Positions 13,590 to 27,065 of a DNA stretch of 64,000 nt are shown here, in pieces. The position numbers and the translations under genes are program-made. Numbering within the stretch: position 1 is the first letter of the stretch; each line of letters starts with the position of its first letter. The notes below the pieces were generated by a model. The model saw only the letters and a program-made list of their open reading frames with translations. It made no database searches and was not told the DNA's origin. Source of the DNA: Harriotta raleighana (lineage: Eukaryota). Where the stretch lies: contig JBNZDD010013721.1 of the NCBI GenBank assembly GCA_050575255.1, forward strand, positions 9,699,372 through 9,763,371, written 5' to 3'.

Positions 13590-13643
13590 CTCTGGGATGC
13601 CACCTCACATGAGGGGGCTCTGTACAAATGAACGTTGCTGTTG
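13590..13643 (+). mobile_element. degenerate L2 3' tail
   Basis: CTCTGGGATGCCACCTCACATGAGGGGGCTCTGTACAAATG...GTTGCTGTTG similar to 37990-38050. Confidence 0.5.
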
Positions 13644-15069
13644 AAGCCAGAAGTTATTGGTGGCCTCAGTTTGGTTTGGCCTATCAAATATTGGAACCCC
13701 TGAAGATGGTTGGAGATTTTAGCAATAACTTTCTCGAGATAATAATGGCGCTTCCTTTTGTCTAAAACACTCCTTCTGCAGTTAGCTCATTAAGTTACAT
13801 TGTGCTGTAAATGGGCAGCTTTTACACTACCTGGAGCTCCAGTCAGCATCCAAACCTATTTCCTGACCAGTTCTGTAATGTAAATGGGGCACTAATCTTT
13901 CTCAGAAAATGATAAAATGCTTTCACTTGCCACGATTGGTGTGAAGCTGCTGAAAGCTAGCTTGCTGGCTTATTAACATTTAATTAAAAAATCAAACCAC
14001 CTATGTTCTCCCTGTCTTAATGTCAATTGGGTATTTCCAAAGAGTTGCTGACAGCTAGCTTCGCCTGGTATGATTGTGGGGATATCACTTGTCTGAACAT
14101 TAAAACACAACTGAAATCTGAAATGTGTGTCATGAATAAGTCATTCTGCATCTTTTAGACACCCATTATTCTTTTCCTTTTTCATTCATGTGCATCACTG
14201 AGGCTTACTAATCAGTTTTTTTTTTCTTCCAGTTCATCTTCAGCCCTCCTTTGCTGTGATAGGTAATTTTGTTCAATTGGTGGCCAGTGTCAGATATTTC
14301 TATGGATTCCATGCAGTAATTGGCCCGTTAACTTGAAGCTATCGAAATACCATGAACAAGATGTAGCTGCGGGGAAACTGGTCCAAAGTCTTAAACGTTA
14401 ATTAATGGACCTTATTGTCATTAAGCCAGGCTTTACTTTATTTTTATCTGGCGCGCTGTGCAAACTGGAACTTGGGCCATTGTTTCCTTTGTTTTCTCAG
14501 TTTCAAAGAGCAGCGGTATTTAGAGGTAGATGGGACGACGCAAGTAAATTTGCCAGAAAAAAGCAAGAGGCGAAGATGATTGTATCAGAAGTTATTGGGA
14601 TTCACAATCCTATATCGTTTTCCTGAATGAAGGGGGGGGAAATTGTGATGTGCAAAGAATGAATACAGTTGTTTTCCGGGCTGCTGTGAGGTCATTTATT
14701 TCCTTCTGCCTCGCAAATTATTGCACCCAGTAGCGAACCTTTAAAACGGTTAGCTCTCAGCGTGAAGCTACAGTCACCATCCTTCACAAATTAAGTGCTG
14801 TTGCGTGGCTTTGTCAGTGGGGTATTTATTGTTACCACTGTGGGATTCTCACAGTCTGCCTTGAAAGATAACTTGGAAGCCACATATTTTCCGATCTTGA
14901 CGAGCCATTTGCTCACCAGTATCCAATATTCCCCGTCTGTTGAAATATTCAAATAACTTAGAAATAGCTGTCCCGTTGTAAAGGTTTCAAATCTATGAAG
15001 GCTGCATTTTGTCAAGACTAGCATTACAGTATTGTGGTGAACTCAAGCCACCAGCAGTCGAGTGCTACA

Positions 15070-15230
15070 TTGAATTCTACAGAACCTGCAGCACTGAAAC
15101 ATGCAGTTCAGTCAACTAGTCTGTGCTTATATTATACATGACCCTCCATCTGGATTCTCCCCAGCCTCAGCCCATACCTCAACCCTGTTCCTTTCGCTCA
15201 TTTACACAATGGCAAGGAATATACCATCGT
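15070..15230 (-). mobile_element. decayed CR1 3' end
   Basis: AGAACCTGCAGCACTGAAACATGCAGTTCAGTCAACTAGTCTGTGC resembles the reverse complement of a CR1 3' UTR; a further piece lies near 15700-15770. Confidence 0.4.
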
Positions 15231-15459
15231 CTAAATAACATTTCAGTTGCAGTGTCGTTACAGATAACGCAGTGTTTACATGTAGTGACACGGTTTGACA
15301 TAAATTGTATTATCCCATCCCTTTGGCGAAGGTATCCAGTCAGAATACCGTTCCATTTCGAAACAAACCGTTGTTTTTCTTTAGAAAATTGCAGATAATT
15401 GTGCTGCTTTCAGAGTCTTAAAACTAATGCATCTATTTTAGTGTCTTTTTCGGTTGCAG

Positions 15460-15627
15460 TTGTGCCACCCAAAAGGCCAGATTGTTTCAGTCAATTACCT
15501 AAGGAAATAGATGAGGCAGAGGCAAGGCGACTTGTTAGAAAGCTTTTTGGACGCGAGTCTAAATATCTCTCGCCTGGCAAGAAAGTATTCTTCTGGGTAA
15601 AGGATGTGATGAAAGACATACTCCAGG
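15460..15627 (+). CDS. candidate internal exon, unidentified protein (unverified)
   Basis: CTAAT branch-like motif, pyrimidine tract and TGCAG acceptor, 168-nt open phase1/phase1 frame VPPKRPDCFSQLPKEIDEAEARRLVRKLFG...KDILQ, AGG|GTGACT donor; no homologue recognised. Confidence 0.2.
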
Positions 15628-17139
15628 GTGACTGAGTGTTGCCAATCTCTTAGGGTAACAGCCTTTAGTCCAAGCATTTAACATGCATTCTATTCCCTCT
15701 CACTCTTCATTCAGACTTCCGGGAATTCCATACCAGTATCGTTCTTGCAACAAATAAATTCCATTTTAGGTTCTCTGTTATTCTTTTTTTATTTTAAAAA
15801 CAATCTAAATCCTATTGCTGCAAACATGTCCACTGGATTTGCAGAGGTGACAAACAGATCTATGGCAGAGGTGGTTGTTGACCGATAATAAATGTTTTTT
15901 TTTAAAAAAAAGCATTTTATAATGTGTGAATAGATACTTATTTAACCCGACGGCCTCCATTTCAGCAAAACACTTGCTTCATTTCTGCAAAGTTGTCTGA
16001 GCTCCAGGTTCAGAGGACCAAAGGCCAGAATTTCATATTTGCAGCTTTCTGTCGTCGACAAAACACATAAGCTCAGTAATGCTCCATTCAGGTGAGAATG
16101 TGAAATTCAGCCGTCAACTGGAAAAAAATGAAGAATTGATCTTAATAACACGAGCAAGCTCCATTGTATACGATGCACCACAATGGCAGGCAGTAATTTA
16201 GTGCCTGTTCTTGCATGTCAGCATTCCTATTATGGCTGCAAACAGTATTATTTCTCATTCGAGGGACAGAAGTATAACGTCTTTCAATGCTGGGCAGTTT
16301 AGGCCAGACAGATTGGCACCCAGACTGGTTAGATTAGTAAAACGAGATCAATTAGGGCTAGTGTGCATATGCTGGGAAGATTAAATTGGAACATATGATC
16401 TCTATTGATCATCCAGTGCAGTCATTGTTCTCTCCTGGGCATTTGAGGAATTATAAAAGCTCTTTGGGGAGCTGTGTTTCTCTTTCTCTGTTCTGGCATA
16501 AATTTCATATTTAATCTTAATCTCTTTCAATTTGCACTGGACTATTTATGCAGTAAGGAGGCAGAGATGACACAGCAGCATTTTGCGATGTAATCCCATT
16601 TTTAATTATTGTGATACTTTAATTATGCATATTAGAATTTCTCAAATGTCTGGGGCCAAGCTAAATTGTAATTAAAACTTCCATTGCAAAAGGACTGTGC
16701 AGTCACCACAGGGAATTACTATAACATTGTGTCTCTGGAATTAGTCCAGTATAAAAATTAATGCTGAACAAATGCAACTGAATCAGAGACTGGTAAAATG
16801 TGGGCAAACCTTTATTAGTTTCTGTAATTATTGAGCAAAGACAACTCGAAGAAATATACTTGGTGTGGTTATGAATCTTGCCTGATGACTTAGTAGGTCT
16901 CTCTGTACATGAGATGAAATGCTGTCTGACCTCGCAATGAGCTTGGGTTAAATTCAACGGTGGTCGGGAAAATGAGTGGTCGCAGGAAAAAGTCATCATT
17001 TCAAATTTGAGATGCGGTAGATTTGCAGCGATAAAAGGGATGTTTCTGCTGACCCGAATTTAAAGTGACTTTTTTTTTTGCTCTCTTATTAATTTCGCAT
17101 TCTGGCCGGTAAATCAGGATACATAACATTGAAAGGTTC

Positions 17140-17160
17140 TGGGTGGTCGATTGGGTGGTC
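17140..17160 (-). promoter_or_regulatory. tandem perfect GLI consensus sites
   Basis: TGGGTGGTC (reverse complement of GACCACCCA) at 17140-17148 and 17152-17160; function inferred only. Confidence 0.45.
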
Positions 17161-20149
17161 CATTCTTGAAATAACATCGAGTCTCCCTATAGGATTCCTT
17201 GACTTTCAGCTGCCATTATCTTAGCTCTGCATCTGCACTGTGTTGCTTGTCCAGTTTTCTCCTTCACTTGTGCTGTGATCAGGGCAAGAGAGATGCAGAT
17301 ACTCTCCATTCTCACGTTGCTCCAGTTTGTGAATGCCACTAAGATGAATGAGTTCCTCTTGCATAACTGGCCAACGAGTGGCTTCGTGAGGACGTTTTGG
17401 GTGTGAAGTTCTCAATGGTTTCAGAAGTGGGTTTCTGCCTTTCGGGATGGGCAATGGTAGAAAACTTTAATCAAGTGCTGTTGTTGCCAAACCAATTCCA
17501 AATACACTAATGAATACAATTCCTTGTTTTCATAAAGTGAGTGCTGTATCACGTTGTTGTCAACGTCTGGGATTTGCTGCAGAGTGTAGTGACTGTGCAT
17601 GTGAAGGTGAAAATACTTTTAACTAACAACAAGCTGTTGATTTGGCGTGTGAAAGATTGCCATTGTGAAGTCAATAAGATGATAATTGGCTCTGGCAGTG
17701 TGAATTAATTAGAAATATTTTGGCAGAATTTTAGCAGATTGCAAACCTTTCATTTTCCTTCAAGGCCTCAATAATAATAATACATTCCATCTTGTAAATG
17801 CATATGGCGCACACTGTGTGTAGAGCTTTTATATATATATATATAAAAAACATAAGACTGAGTGTACTATTTTCTCAAGGGTTCTCAAAGCTTGATATAG
17901 TTAAAAATTAGTTTTCTTTATGCTGTTAAATTCACTCATTGTTTGCAGGCTATTCATATATATAAATATATATATATATATATATTTGCCAATTTCCATT
18001 TTGTTCTTGCTTGCTGGAAGATGTACCTTCATCCTGGCTGTGTTTCCAACACCGATGACACGTCTCCAACACCTCTCTACTGACCTTTCCTCATTCGCTC
18101 TTGAACCTATTGAGCGAGGTGATATGGGAGGCTATGGACATTAAGAGCCCAGATCAATCCTGCTCTCCATTCCAACATTTGCATTTTCCAGTAGAGGTCA
18201 CTGCAGTAGCAATTGGGAATAACAAGCTCATTTTTCTCTCTTCCACTGAGCCCCCCAACCCCTTCCCCAAATACTGGGGGGGTAAATATGGCATACCAAC
18301 TGCTGGTATTGAATCAGTTACCCCAACATAACGTGGGATCTCATCCTGTGTGCCTTAGAACTTGAGCCTCAGTACATGATATGTCTCAAAGATGTAATAA
18401 GGAGCTACATTAAATGCAAGTACAGTATTATTACTGCAGTGCAGTGATAGTGACTTTACTTATTAGGTAAATGTTGGATATTCCTATTTTAATACCTGGC
18501 AGTATTGTGTGCTTTGTTCTCAACCACTTCAAATAAAAGTGAGTTTTGCTTTATTATCTGATTTTAAAATAAAAATCCTGCATAATGTTACTGTTTAACA
18601 GCTATTGGGCCAAGTTTCAGCAATTCCAACGTTGATAACTTCAAAGCCCTTTTAATGGTCCTGGACCTAAATGTTCCAAATAAATATGTAGTTTGAATCC
18701 ATTTATTCATTTTTTAAAAAGTGCCTTTGGAGCTTCAGAAAGTCAACGCCACAAGCAAACTTTGATTTAATTAGTAATTTTTTTTTAAATTGCACACAGC
18801 GCAATGAATAATTTTTAAAATGTTTTGAAGTTGGTCTATTTCTTTCAAACTCTTTGAACTTGAGTATGACATGACCAACATTCACCTTAAAACCTTTTGG
18901 TGATGCTTTGTTCCCGTTTGCCAGTTAATGGACACATTAATGGAAACCCAAATGAAGCTGTTACTCACAACAACTTATCCTTTATATTTTGGATATCAGC
19001 TGGTGAAGAGAAGCATTACATTTGGAGAACTTGTTTTAACTTTCCTTCAAATATTTTTGTACTCAAGAACCAAACCAGAAGCATTGGTTCTTCTGGGGGA
19101 ATGGCTGCATTTACACGGTTTCCTTCATCAACCCTGTAAATGGAGTCATTTCACCATCTCTCTCTGTGGTCAGACCAGTGACATTTAATACAGCACACTA
19201 GTTAATTAACTAAATGTGGCATGAAAGCAGACGAGAAATTGCTTCTTCCCTCACAGAGCACAGATATGCGGAATAGATTACCCTCCAAGGAAGTTAATAA
19301 ATAGATTAAATTATTTTATGAAAAAAGACAAACTTGCATTTTGATAGCTCCTTATCACGTCAACATATCAAAACCACTTCGCAGGTAATTACCATCAAAT
19401 ATGGTGACTGTTTCGCAGGAAAAGACCGATGGATATTTATGAACACTGCTTTACAGAAAGTATTTGGTTTATGTACTTCACCCAATACTAAAGCAGAATT
19501 GTTTGTTTTATTAGAGAAGCTTTAGGCATCTAAAAGTGCCCAGTATGTCATGGTGACGGGTCCCTTTAAAGGAACTACCATGAGTTCTAATGGTTTGCTT
19601 TCCAAAGAGATAAGGAGCAAATTAAACTGAAGGATGCCTTTAAATTCTTCTAGACACCTTTAGGGAAATGTGTGGGCGTAAAGAATTAAAAATAACTGTG
19701 GTGTGTGAATGTCTACACTTGGCTCTTTCAGATAGAAGTTGTGCCACAAATTGATCCTGTAGGACTCATAAAGCTGCATTAGCTGTAATTCCTTCTCTAC
19801 TTCATAACCCCTGTCTTAATAACATTCATTGGACTGAAATGATTATGGATCCTTTATTGTAAATGATGGTAGCTATAATCATTTGCTCTAATCTAATATT
19901 TGTGCATTAACTGGGTTTGGAAAATATTTTCTTCTCCATAAACTGAAGAGAAACTGGCTGAGCTGCACCAGCAGAATTTGTTCCTTGCATTTTGAAGAAT
20001 CGGAATCTGTAATATTAAAGCTACAATGTCACTTTGTGAAGGAAGTCACATAAGAGATAGTTCCTGCGCAAAGAGGGCAAACAATTCAAAATGACATTTA
20101 TTTTGTGCCTTTCACTTAGGGAAGGCGAACCAAGGTGCTGGACAGCCAG

Positions 20150-20284
20150 GTATTTGGCTGTACTCAATTGGCTGCTGCGTTTCGCCCACAAACATACAGT
20201 CAATTCACTTTACAGTATATTCTGCGAAGTGCTTTGAGACATCTAGAAGACGTGAAAAGCGCTATATCAAATGGAAAGATTGTT
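20150..20284 (+). mobile_element. tRNA-SINE 3' half
   Basis: CAATTGGCTGCTGCGTTTCGCCCACAAACATACAGTCAATTCAC...GACGTGAAAAGCGCTATATCAAATG. Confidence 0.9.
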
Positions 20285-21779
20285 AGCCATTGTTTTCGCA
20301 CATCATTCGTAAAGTGGCCTTTGAGACATGTATACTCTAATGGGATTTCCCCGTTATTGATGCTCAACATTAATCTAATCTTCTATAGTTTCAATAAATT
20401 GTCTTTGATATCTGGATCTCTCTTTGATCTAATGACCTTTTCTTTTGGGGGAGAAACTTTAATTTCAACACCTACTGTTATGAGGGCATTTTTGCACTGA
20501 AAGCTGAGAGCACTCGCTTGTTAATTGTCCGCAAGGGTCTTGCAATGTTTTTGAATTGAAGACGATGGGTTCTGTAGGGGGCCATCAATTGATAGTAAAA
20601 CTATCACAACATTTTTTAAGACCAATGGGTGTATGATTGTAATATCTTCGAATGTATTTATCTTGGAAGAAAACCTCCTATTCATTACCAGTCAGTTGGA
20701 TTTTTCTTTGTTAATTTTAGGTGTTGACTTATTTTGGCTGACTATGGCTGCTCAGACACCATAACCCACCTTCCAATGCTAATACTCTCGGTTGCAGAAC
20801 TTTCTCAATAGATTACAGTATAAATGCTTTTTATTGTGACCCTATTATACATTGTACAGTATTATTGGGTCATTTTCCATTTCCTTATGCTTTTTCAAAT
20901 AACTCAAATTTTAATATAGCACAATTACAAAGTCAGTTGTAATTGTATAAAGCCACAACTATTTTCAGATATTTGCAAAAAGCATCTTGTTTACTTTTCA
21001 ATTTTTAAAAAATATATCTTTACAGTTTCAGTGGCTTAATTATATTTAGATTATCAGATCTGCAGCAGCATACCAACATAACACTTTAAACGCACGCAAA
21101 ATCTCTTTTTAGGCCATGGTTGTACATGTGACTCAACAGAATATCCTAATGCCATGTATCACCAAGTGCTTGGCTCCTACTGTCTGCACGTTGCTTTGGG
21201 TGAATGCTTTGTTCTGTGGATTAGTTGCTCACTTGTGTGTGAACATTTTACGATTCAGTTCACGTCTGCAGGATAAAAAGATGAATCCGCATTGTTTGCG
21301 TAAGCACAACTGTTTGTTTGAGAAAAGTTCCTACAGCTTATTGTATGGGGATGCAAGAGGTTGCTGTAGCTGTAGACAGCCTCTCCAAGTATACCAGGTC
21401 AAAGTATTCACAAGATGGTCTTCGACACAGTTGTTCCTCAGCTTATTTAGTTATTACTTTTATATTACGTGAATGATGGTGACAGTGTCACCATAGCAGT
21501 TTCATTGTGTTCTGTTGTATTTTTATTTTCCAATTGTCCGCAAGATTATTAAGATTTTTTAGTACAGACATTATTATTGATGAGGTACCTAAACAACGCT
21601 TGAAGCTAAACCTTTAAAGGTTTCAAAATGGATTTAGAATGAGGTAACTTGCTAAGAAAACGGACTCAACACAAATTAGAAGTAATGGCTCTTGCATTTG
21701 AGAGAGCTCAAAATGCACACCCCAAACATCTCAACAGTAATTCATTTTTTTTTTAATCTGGAGGATTGTTTGTCAGCAC

Positions 21780-21915
21780 AATGGGAGTAACTTGCTTCTC
21801 TTTTCCAATTGCACCTTTGGTTCATTAATCATCACCTGAAATGGCAGATGGGAACTTGGTTTGTGTTTCATCTGAAGGATGGCATCTCCGGAAATGCTTT
21901 GGAGAGTCAGGCTAT
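21780..21915 (-). mobile_element. DeuSINE core fragment
   Basis: CACCTGAAATGGCAGATGGGAACTTGGTTTGTGTTTCATCTGAAGGATGGCATCTCC, homologous to 3095-3150. Confidence 0.65.
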
Positions 21916-23899
21916 CAAGACCATCAGTCAAATTGTGACCTGAGACAGCCACAGAACCAGCCTATAGATTTAGCAAAGCAATGGCGACAGACCAGGATCT
22001 GAAAGAACAGAAATCCCAAAGCGAGAGGCAGAGCAATTTGTCTTAGAAACCAGGCTGGCTCTTTAATTGCTCAAACATAATTGGCACTTTTTTTTGCCAT
22101 TGATATTCACTATTTGACAGAACAGAATGCACAGAACTGCTCAACTGATCACTTCATTCACGTTTGCAGATTCTGTTGGGTGGAAGGTTGCAGATTTTCC
22201 CATTTAGATGATACAGTTAGAAAATGGCCCTTAATTTTTAATTGGGATTGATTTTCCCATTACGGTACAACTGGTACAGATAGATTTAGATGGACTTTGT
22301 AATGAATTAATACTAATATCAGACTGGCACCTCTGTGTATTCAATCTCACCAAATTTGAAGACCGGCTTCGTCATCTGAAAGGTAAAACCAAAGATGCAA
22401 TCTTCAAAACTTGTGATTATTTCTCATTTTAGAGTTCCCAAGGTAGCTTAAATTGATCTAAATTACTCTTAATCAAATAAAAATTGAGGTTACCCTTTAG
22501 ATAATTATTTTTCAGCTCTTCACGGGGCGTAATTGATTTCTCGTTCATATCCTGCCCAGGAGGGAATGTGTTCATCCCCATCTCTCCTGCCTCCTTTCTT
22601 CAGAGAGCCTGGAGGGAGTTTGCACACTGAGAATGTTCTCTGTGATACTCTTTGCAATGATGCAACAAGTAAAAGGCTAAATATTCATACAACATATTTT
22701 CGTTATGATGCTGATTGGAAAATTCAGGAAAAAAATGTTGTTGTCTTTTTTGGAGCACTTTTGTTTCATATTGTGCCCTTTAAACCTAGACAGATATTGA
22801 GTCAGAGCAGTGATATTTATAGATGACGTGGTCCTGGCTAATGACAAATATTCTTTTTTTGTAATAAGTTACAGTCAAGTTTAGTTTAGCTCTGTGCATG
22901 CTAGGTATCTAGGGAAGAGCACCACAGCTTTTGTCGATTTTTCTTTTGTACTATCACTCATCATTTCTGCATGTACTCCAGCACCACACAGTAGGGCTTG
23001 TGAAAACACTAGTTAATTACTGTGAGTGACTCAGTTAAGTCTGTTATACTTTTGTGAGAAGAAATCTCGTTTTCTCCCCTCTTTTCTCATTTTCTCCCAA
23101 CACCACAATTTCCTGTACTGGAATTGCATTTAAATTGCGTCTCCTGCAAATCGGCTGCATCCTCAATGACATTAATTATGTTCAGTCCTTTTATTAAAAA
23201 AAAACTTCAGAGGAATCTCTATCTGTCACCGGCATGAGATTTCTTTGGTCACTTCATGAGTGAGTTGTTTTCAATTACACTCATAAATACTTAATTCTGC
23301 TTCACACCACATTTGAAATGTTTCTCTTTGAATACATCTGCCTTATGATTTTTACCCGGATGTTGAATTGACATGCAATGCAGATAAGACCTGTGAAATG
23401 TACATTGGGATTAATTATGTTTTGCAGGGTTCTTTTTTTTCCCACTAGCTAGTGTCAGGGAATATTAAGTATTGTTAAAAAACATTCAGATACAAATTGC
23501 GGGGAAATTAAACTCCGAGCACGTTCCAATGAGTTTAAAAGAATTTCTGTTCTTCTTACGCGCAGCTAAGTATTCAGTTCCACTAAAACACCTTGGAAAA
23601 ATACCTTACGGTCGCTGCAGAGTGCCAACTGCCTCAACGGTATTCATCTCTAGTGCTACACTTTGGACTACTTAACGTAAGTGAAAGATTTTGAGTGACA
23701 GGCAGTAATCACACAGTCTTCAAGTAAATTCCGTATCGTTCAAATTACTGAGAGCAGCCACTTGCCGTGTGGGGAATCTCAAATAGAAATCTATTTCTTG
23801 CGACTGTGGTACAGCATACTTGAACGCCAACGCAACCAGGAAAAAGGTTTCAGACCCGTTTTAAAGCCCATTTATGAACAGCTTTCAGTAACTAAAGTA

Positions 23900-23970
23900 C
23901 CAACAACCATCCTGCGTTTACGTAGCACCTTTCACGTCGGCGGGAGACACCTCAAAGTGCTTCACAGAGC
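23900..23970 (-). mobile_element. L2/SINE 3' tail
   Basis: GCACCTTTCACGTCGGCGGGAGACACCTCAAAGTGCTTCACAG, tail stem-loop remnant. Confidence 0.65.
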
Positions 23971-24542
23971 TGGAGGTGAGGGGAGCTGAGGGTGATGGAA
24001 CGTCTCTGAGCACATCAACTCTATATAGTTTGGGGAACAGTTGGACTCTGTAATAATGCCCTCTAGTTTAATAATAAAAATCCTTGGATTTGACATTTCA
24101 CCTTAACAGGTGTTTTTCAGAGCCCATTATTACACATTCTGAGATGTGTTTCACTTAGCTTTGCTTTGTTACAAGTAGCTATTTGCGATTTGTAGTTATT
24201 ATTATTGTTGTTGTTGTTGTATTGCCAGCCATTCTTGGATCTAGTTTTTATTACTTTATTATTATAGTTGGATCCATTTCACATAATTATATTTGCCATG
24301 ACCTTACATTCATGGTTTCTCATCCTGCCCCATGAATATTTAAAAAGATACAAGGAAACAATAAGTAGTAAAGATTGAGAATCGTGTAAGAACACTGGAG
24401 AGGTTAACTAAAAGGAGCTTTAGAGGAAATAAGAGGATAATAGGACAGTTGATTGCTTTGAGTAAATTGTAACAAGCAGAATCTTATTTAAATATTGTTA
24501 GCTATCTGAACAGTAGGCAGCATATCAAAGACTTTAAAGTAC

Positions 24543-24829
24543 AATAATAATAATCTTGCATTTGATGTAGTGCTTTTCACATTTTCTAGACGGCTCAAAG
24601 TGCTTCACAGAATATACTGTCAAGTGAATTGACTGGATTTATATGGGCAAAACGCTCGAGCCAATTGCGTACCCCATACACAGTCGTGGATTGAAATGAC
24701 CAATTTATTATTTTATTATTATTAGGTGTGTGGAATAGGAAATTTACCCAAGGTTTCACCTTGCCTGGAATTGAACCTAGATCTCTCGCTTGTAAGGCGA
24801 GTGCTCTAACCACTAAGCTGCAGGATTCC
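24543..24829 (-). mobile_element. full-length tRNA-headed SINE
   Basis: Head (minus strand GCAGCTTAGTGGTTAGAGCACTCGCCTTACAAGCGAG...GGTTCAATTCC), body and tail colinear with 48064-48391. Confidence 0.95.
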
Positions 24830-25179
24830 AGTAAGTCGGTGATATGACTGATCAGGAGACGTTAGATGCGTGGCTTTGTTTTTTTGCATCAAATTTTGCA
24901 AAAGAAGGTGGTCAGATACCACAATCTGGGAATTCTGGCTCTATGGATTGGATATCCACAAACTGTTGCTGGTGTGACGTGTGCAGGGATCCTAAGGGAA
25001 AATTGAGAGGGAATCGGTGAGAAATAAGGAATTTTTAAAATAATAATTTATGGTTGCTGTTACTTAAGGTCTGGTGACTATTCATTCGGTTGTTTTACAA
25101 AAGTGAAATATGAGCCTGGAAGTTATAGTTCAGTATATGAAGTGACGTCAATTCTTATGAGTATTAGATGCAAATCTAC

Positions 25180-25890
25180 TACTGAAAATATAAAGAGCAG
25201 AAATGTAACAAGATATAGCCAGGATGGATCTAGAAGCAAAAGGTCACAGTTCTTTCAAATCAAAGGGAATTCTTTGAGAAATAACTGAATCAGTTATCCA
25301 ACGGATTTGATTTATATTGATTTTCAGAAGGTATTTGATCAAGCTTCAAATGTGATACTTCAAAAGGTTGAAGCACATGGAATTAATGGTATATTTAATA
25401 GTCACATTGATGCCAAACAGCAGATGGTGGTGATAAATGGTAACTGCCAAGACTGGGAAAGAGTGATGGAAAGAGATTTCAAGAGCGTTCTATGGGTTCC
25501 TTGATTTCCAAAATATTATTCACAAGTGACCTGGAGGCAAGAGCGTCTTGTAAGGTTACACACATTTGTGCTGACACAAAGTTATGTAGCCAGGTGAGGG
25601 ATATCCAGCAGATAAATACCCTTCAGGAATCTCTGGCCTAATCAGTGGATGGGCCGATTATTGGTAACTGCGTATAAATGTAGATAAATACATATGCAAG
25701 TGTAAGTGTGTGTAAAAGAAAGAGCGCAGGTTAACAGTGATGGACAACAAAATGGCATCTTGGGGGTTATTTATTAGTGACTGACTGAAAGCCAAGTGAT
25801 TATGAACAAAGCAAATCAAATACTGCATGACATTTTGTAGGTTTGACCACAGTTCATGATTACTGTTATTGTCAGCCGCTCACTTGGAGT
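25180..25890 (+). pseudogene. decayed CR1 reverse-transcriptase remnant
   Basis: DLIYIDFQKVFD, LQKVEAHGING, KQQMVVING match CR1 RT motifs (D.VYLDFQKAFD, KI.AHGI.G, RKQRV.ING); downstream (C)ADTKL and HLE-like motifs; many stops and frameshifts. Confidence 0.85.
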
Positions 25891-26934
25891 TCATGAGTCT
25901 TGGAGTGAAGTGCAAATTGTGTGATGTCTGGTAGATGTTCTGGATATATATATATGTATATATATATTTATATTAAGCGTTCAGACGTTACGTCAAATGC
26001 AAATTGTTGGTTTTAACTTGCTGAATCCATAACAATGCTTGCGCTCTCTTCTTAAATAATATCTTCCAACTGTTTTAACACATGGATATTAACCTTGGTG
26101 GAATAAATAGATTTTTTTAATGTTTTAAGAATATTTTCTCCTAATAGTCTAGTTAAACTGTCAAATTATACTTCCTAGTTTCCGTTCTTTTCTAAAATTT
26201 GGCATTCACTTCTCAAGGCCAGAATTTGTAGAGTTCAGAAGTGCTTTGTTTTTTTTTAAAAAAAAGCTTTGAGCTATTAGATTTGAATTAATGACAACAC
26301 ATTAGCAAGAGGAGTCACTACACTTAACAGGAATTACAGTGAAATGCTTTGAGATATTTTGAGCTGATCAGGCACTACATCAAATGCTAGGCTTATTACA
26401 ATTAATAAGACATATAGAAAGCTTTTTTGCATAACTTATGTAAACCTTCTGAGATGTGCTTTTTGATCATTTCCATAAATTAAGATTTTCTTTGTTTTAC
26501 AGATCATACAATTATATGAATAATTGAATTGATTTTTTATTATTTGTAAGTCAGTTTGCCTCGTCTGTTTGCATTATTAACCTATCCCACAGTTGTCATA
26601 TAGTTAAGATCAAGCTTTGTGGAAGCTGCATAACACCTTTAGATTGCTGTAGGTTCCACTTATCTGCTGATAAGTGTGACTGACAAGATATAAAATGGAA
26701 GGCTTTGTGATGTTTGCGGATGCCTTGGAAAGAGTTTGGTTCCCCAGAGGTAGTTTTTAATCCAGCATTACGTGATTCAATTAAAGACATCTCTTTCCCA
26801 ATTTACCCACCCCCCCATCTTTCATTCTCCGACACTTTATTGCAGGCTGATTACATAAACACGACAGCTTGCATTCATACAGCATGGCTCATATAGATGT
26901 ATAAAAGTAGGTGTTCTTCTTTGACCAGGCAATC

Positions 26935-27065
26935 GACTATCCTCCTACCCTTTCTATGCCTTTCACCCTCCCCGATCCTGACCTCCAGCTTGGTTCAAAA
27001 TCCCTGACCATCCAACACCTATGGACGTCTTCCCGATGTGAAAGGAGCTATATAAATGTAATATG
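26935..27065 (+). mobile_element. L2 3' UTR and tail
   Basis: C-rich stretch followed by GGACGTCTTCCCGATGTGAAAGGAGCTATATAAATG. Confidence 0.7.

Noticed and set aside
26503-26545. TACAG...GTAAGT bounded 43-nt segment
   Set aside because: Stops in all three frames; no support as a coding exon
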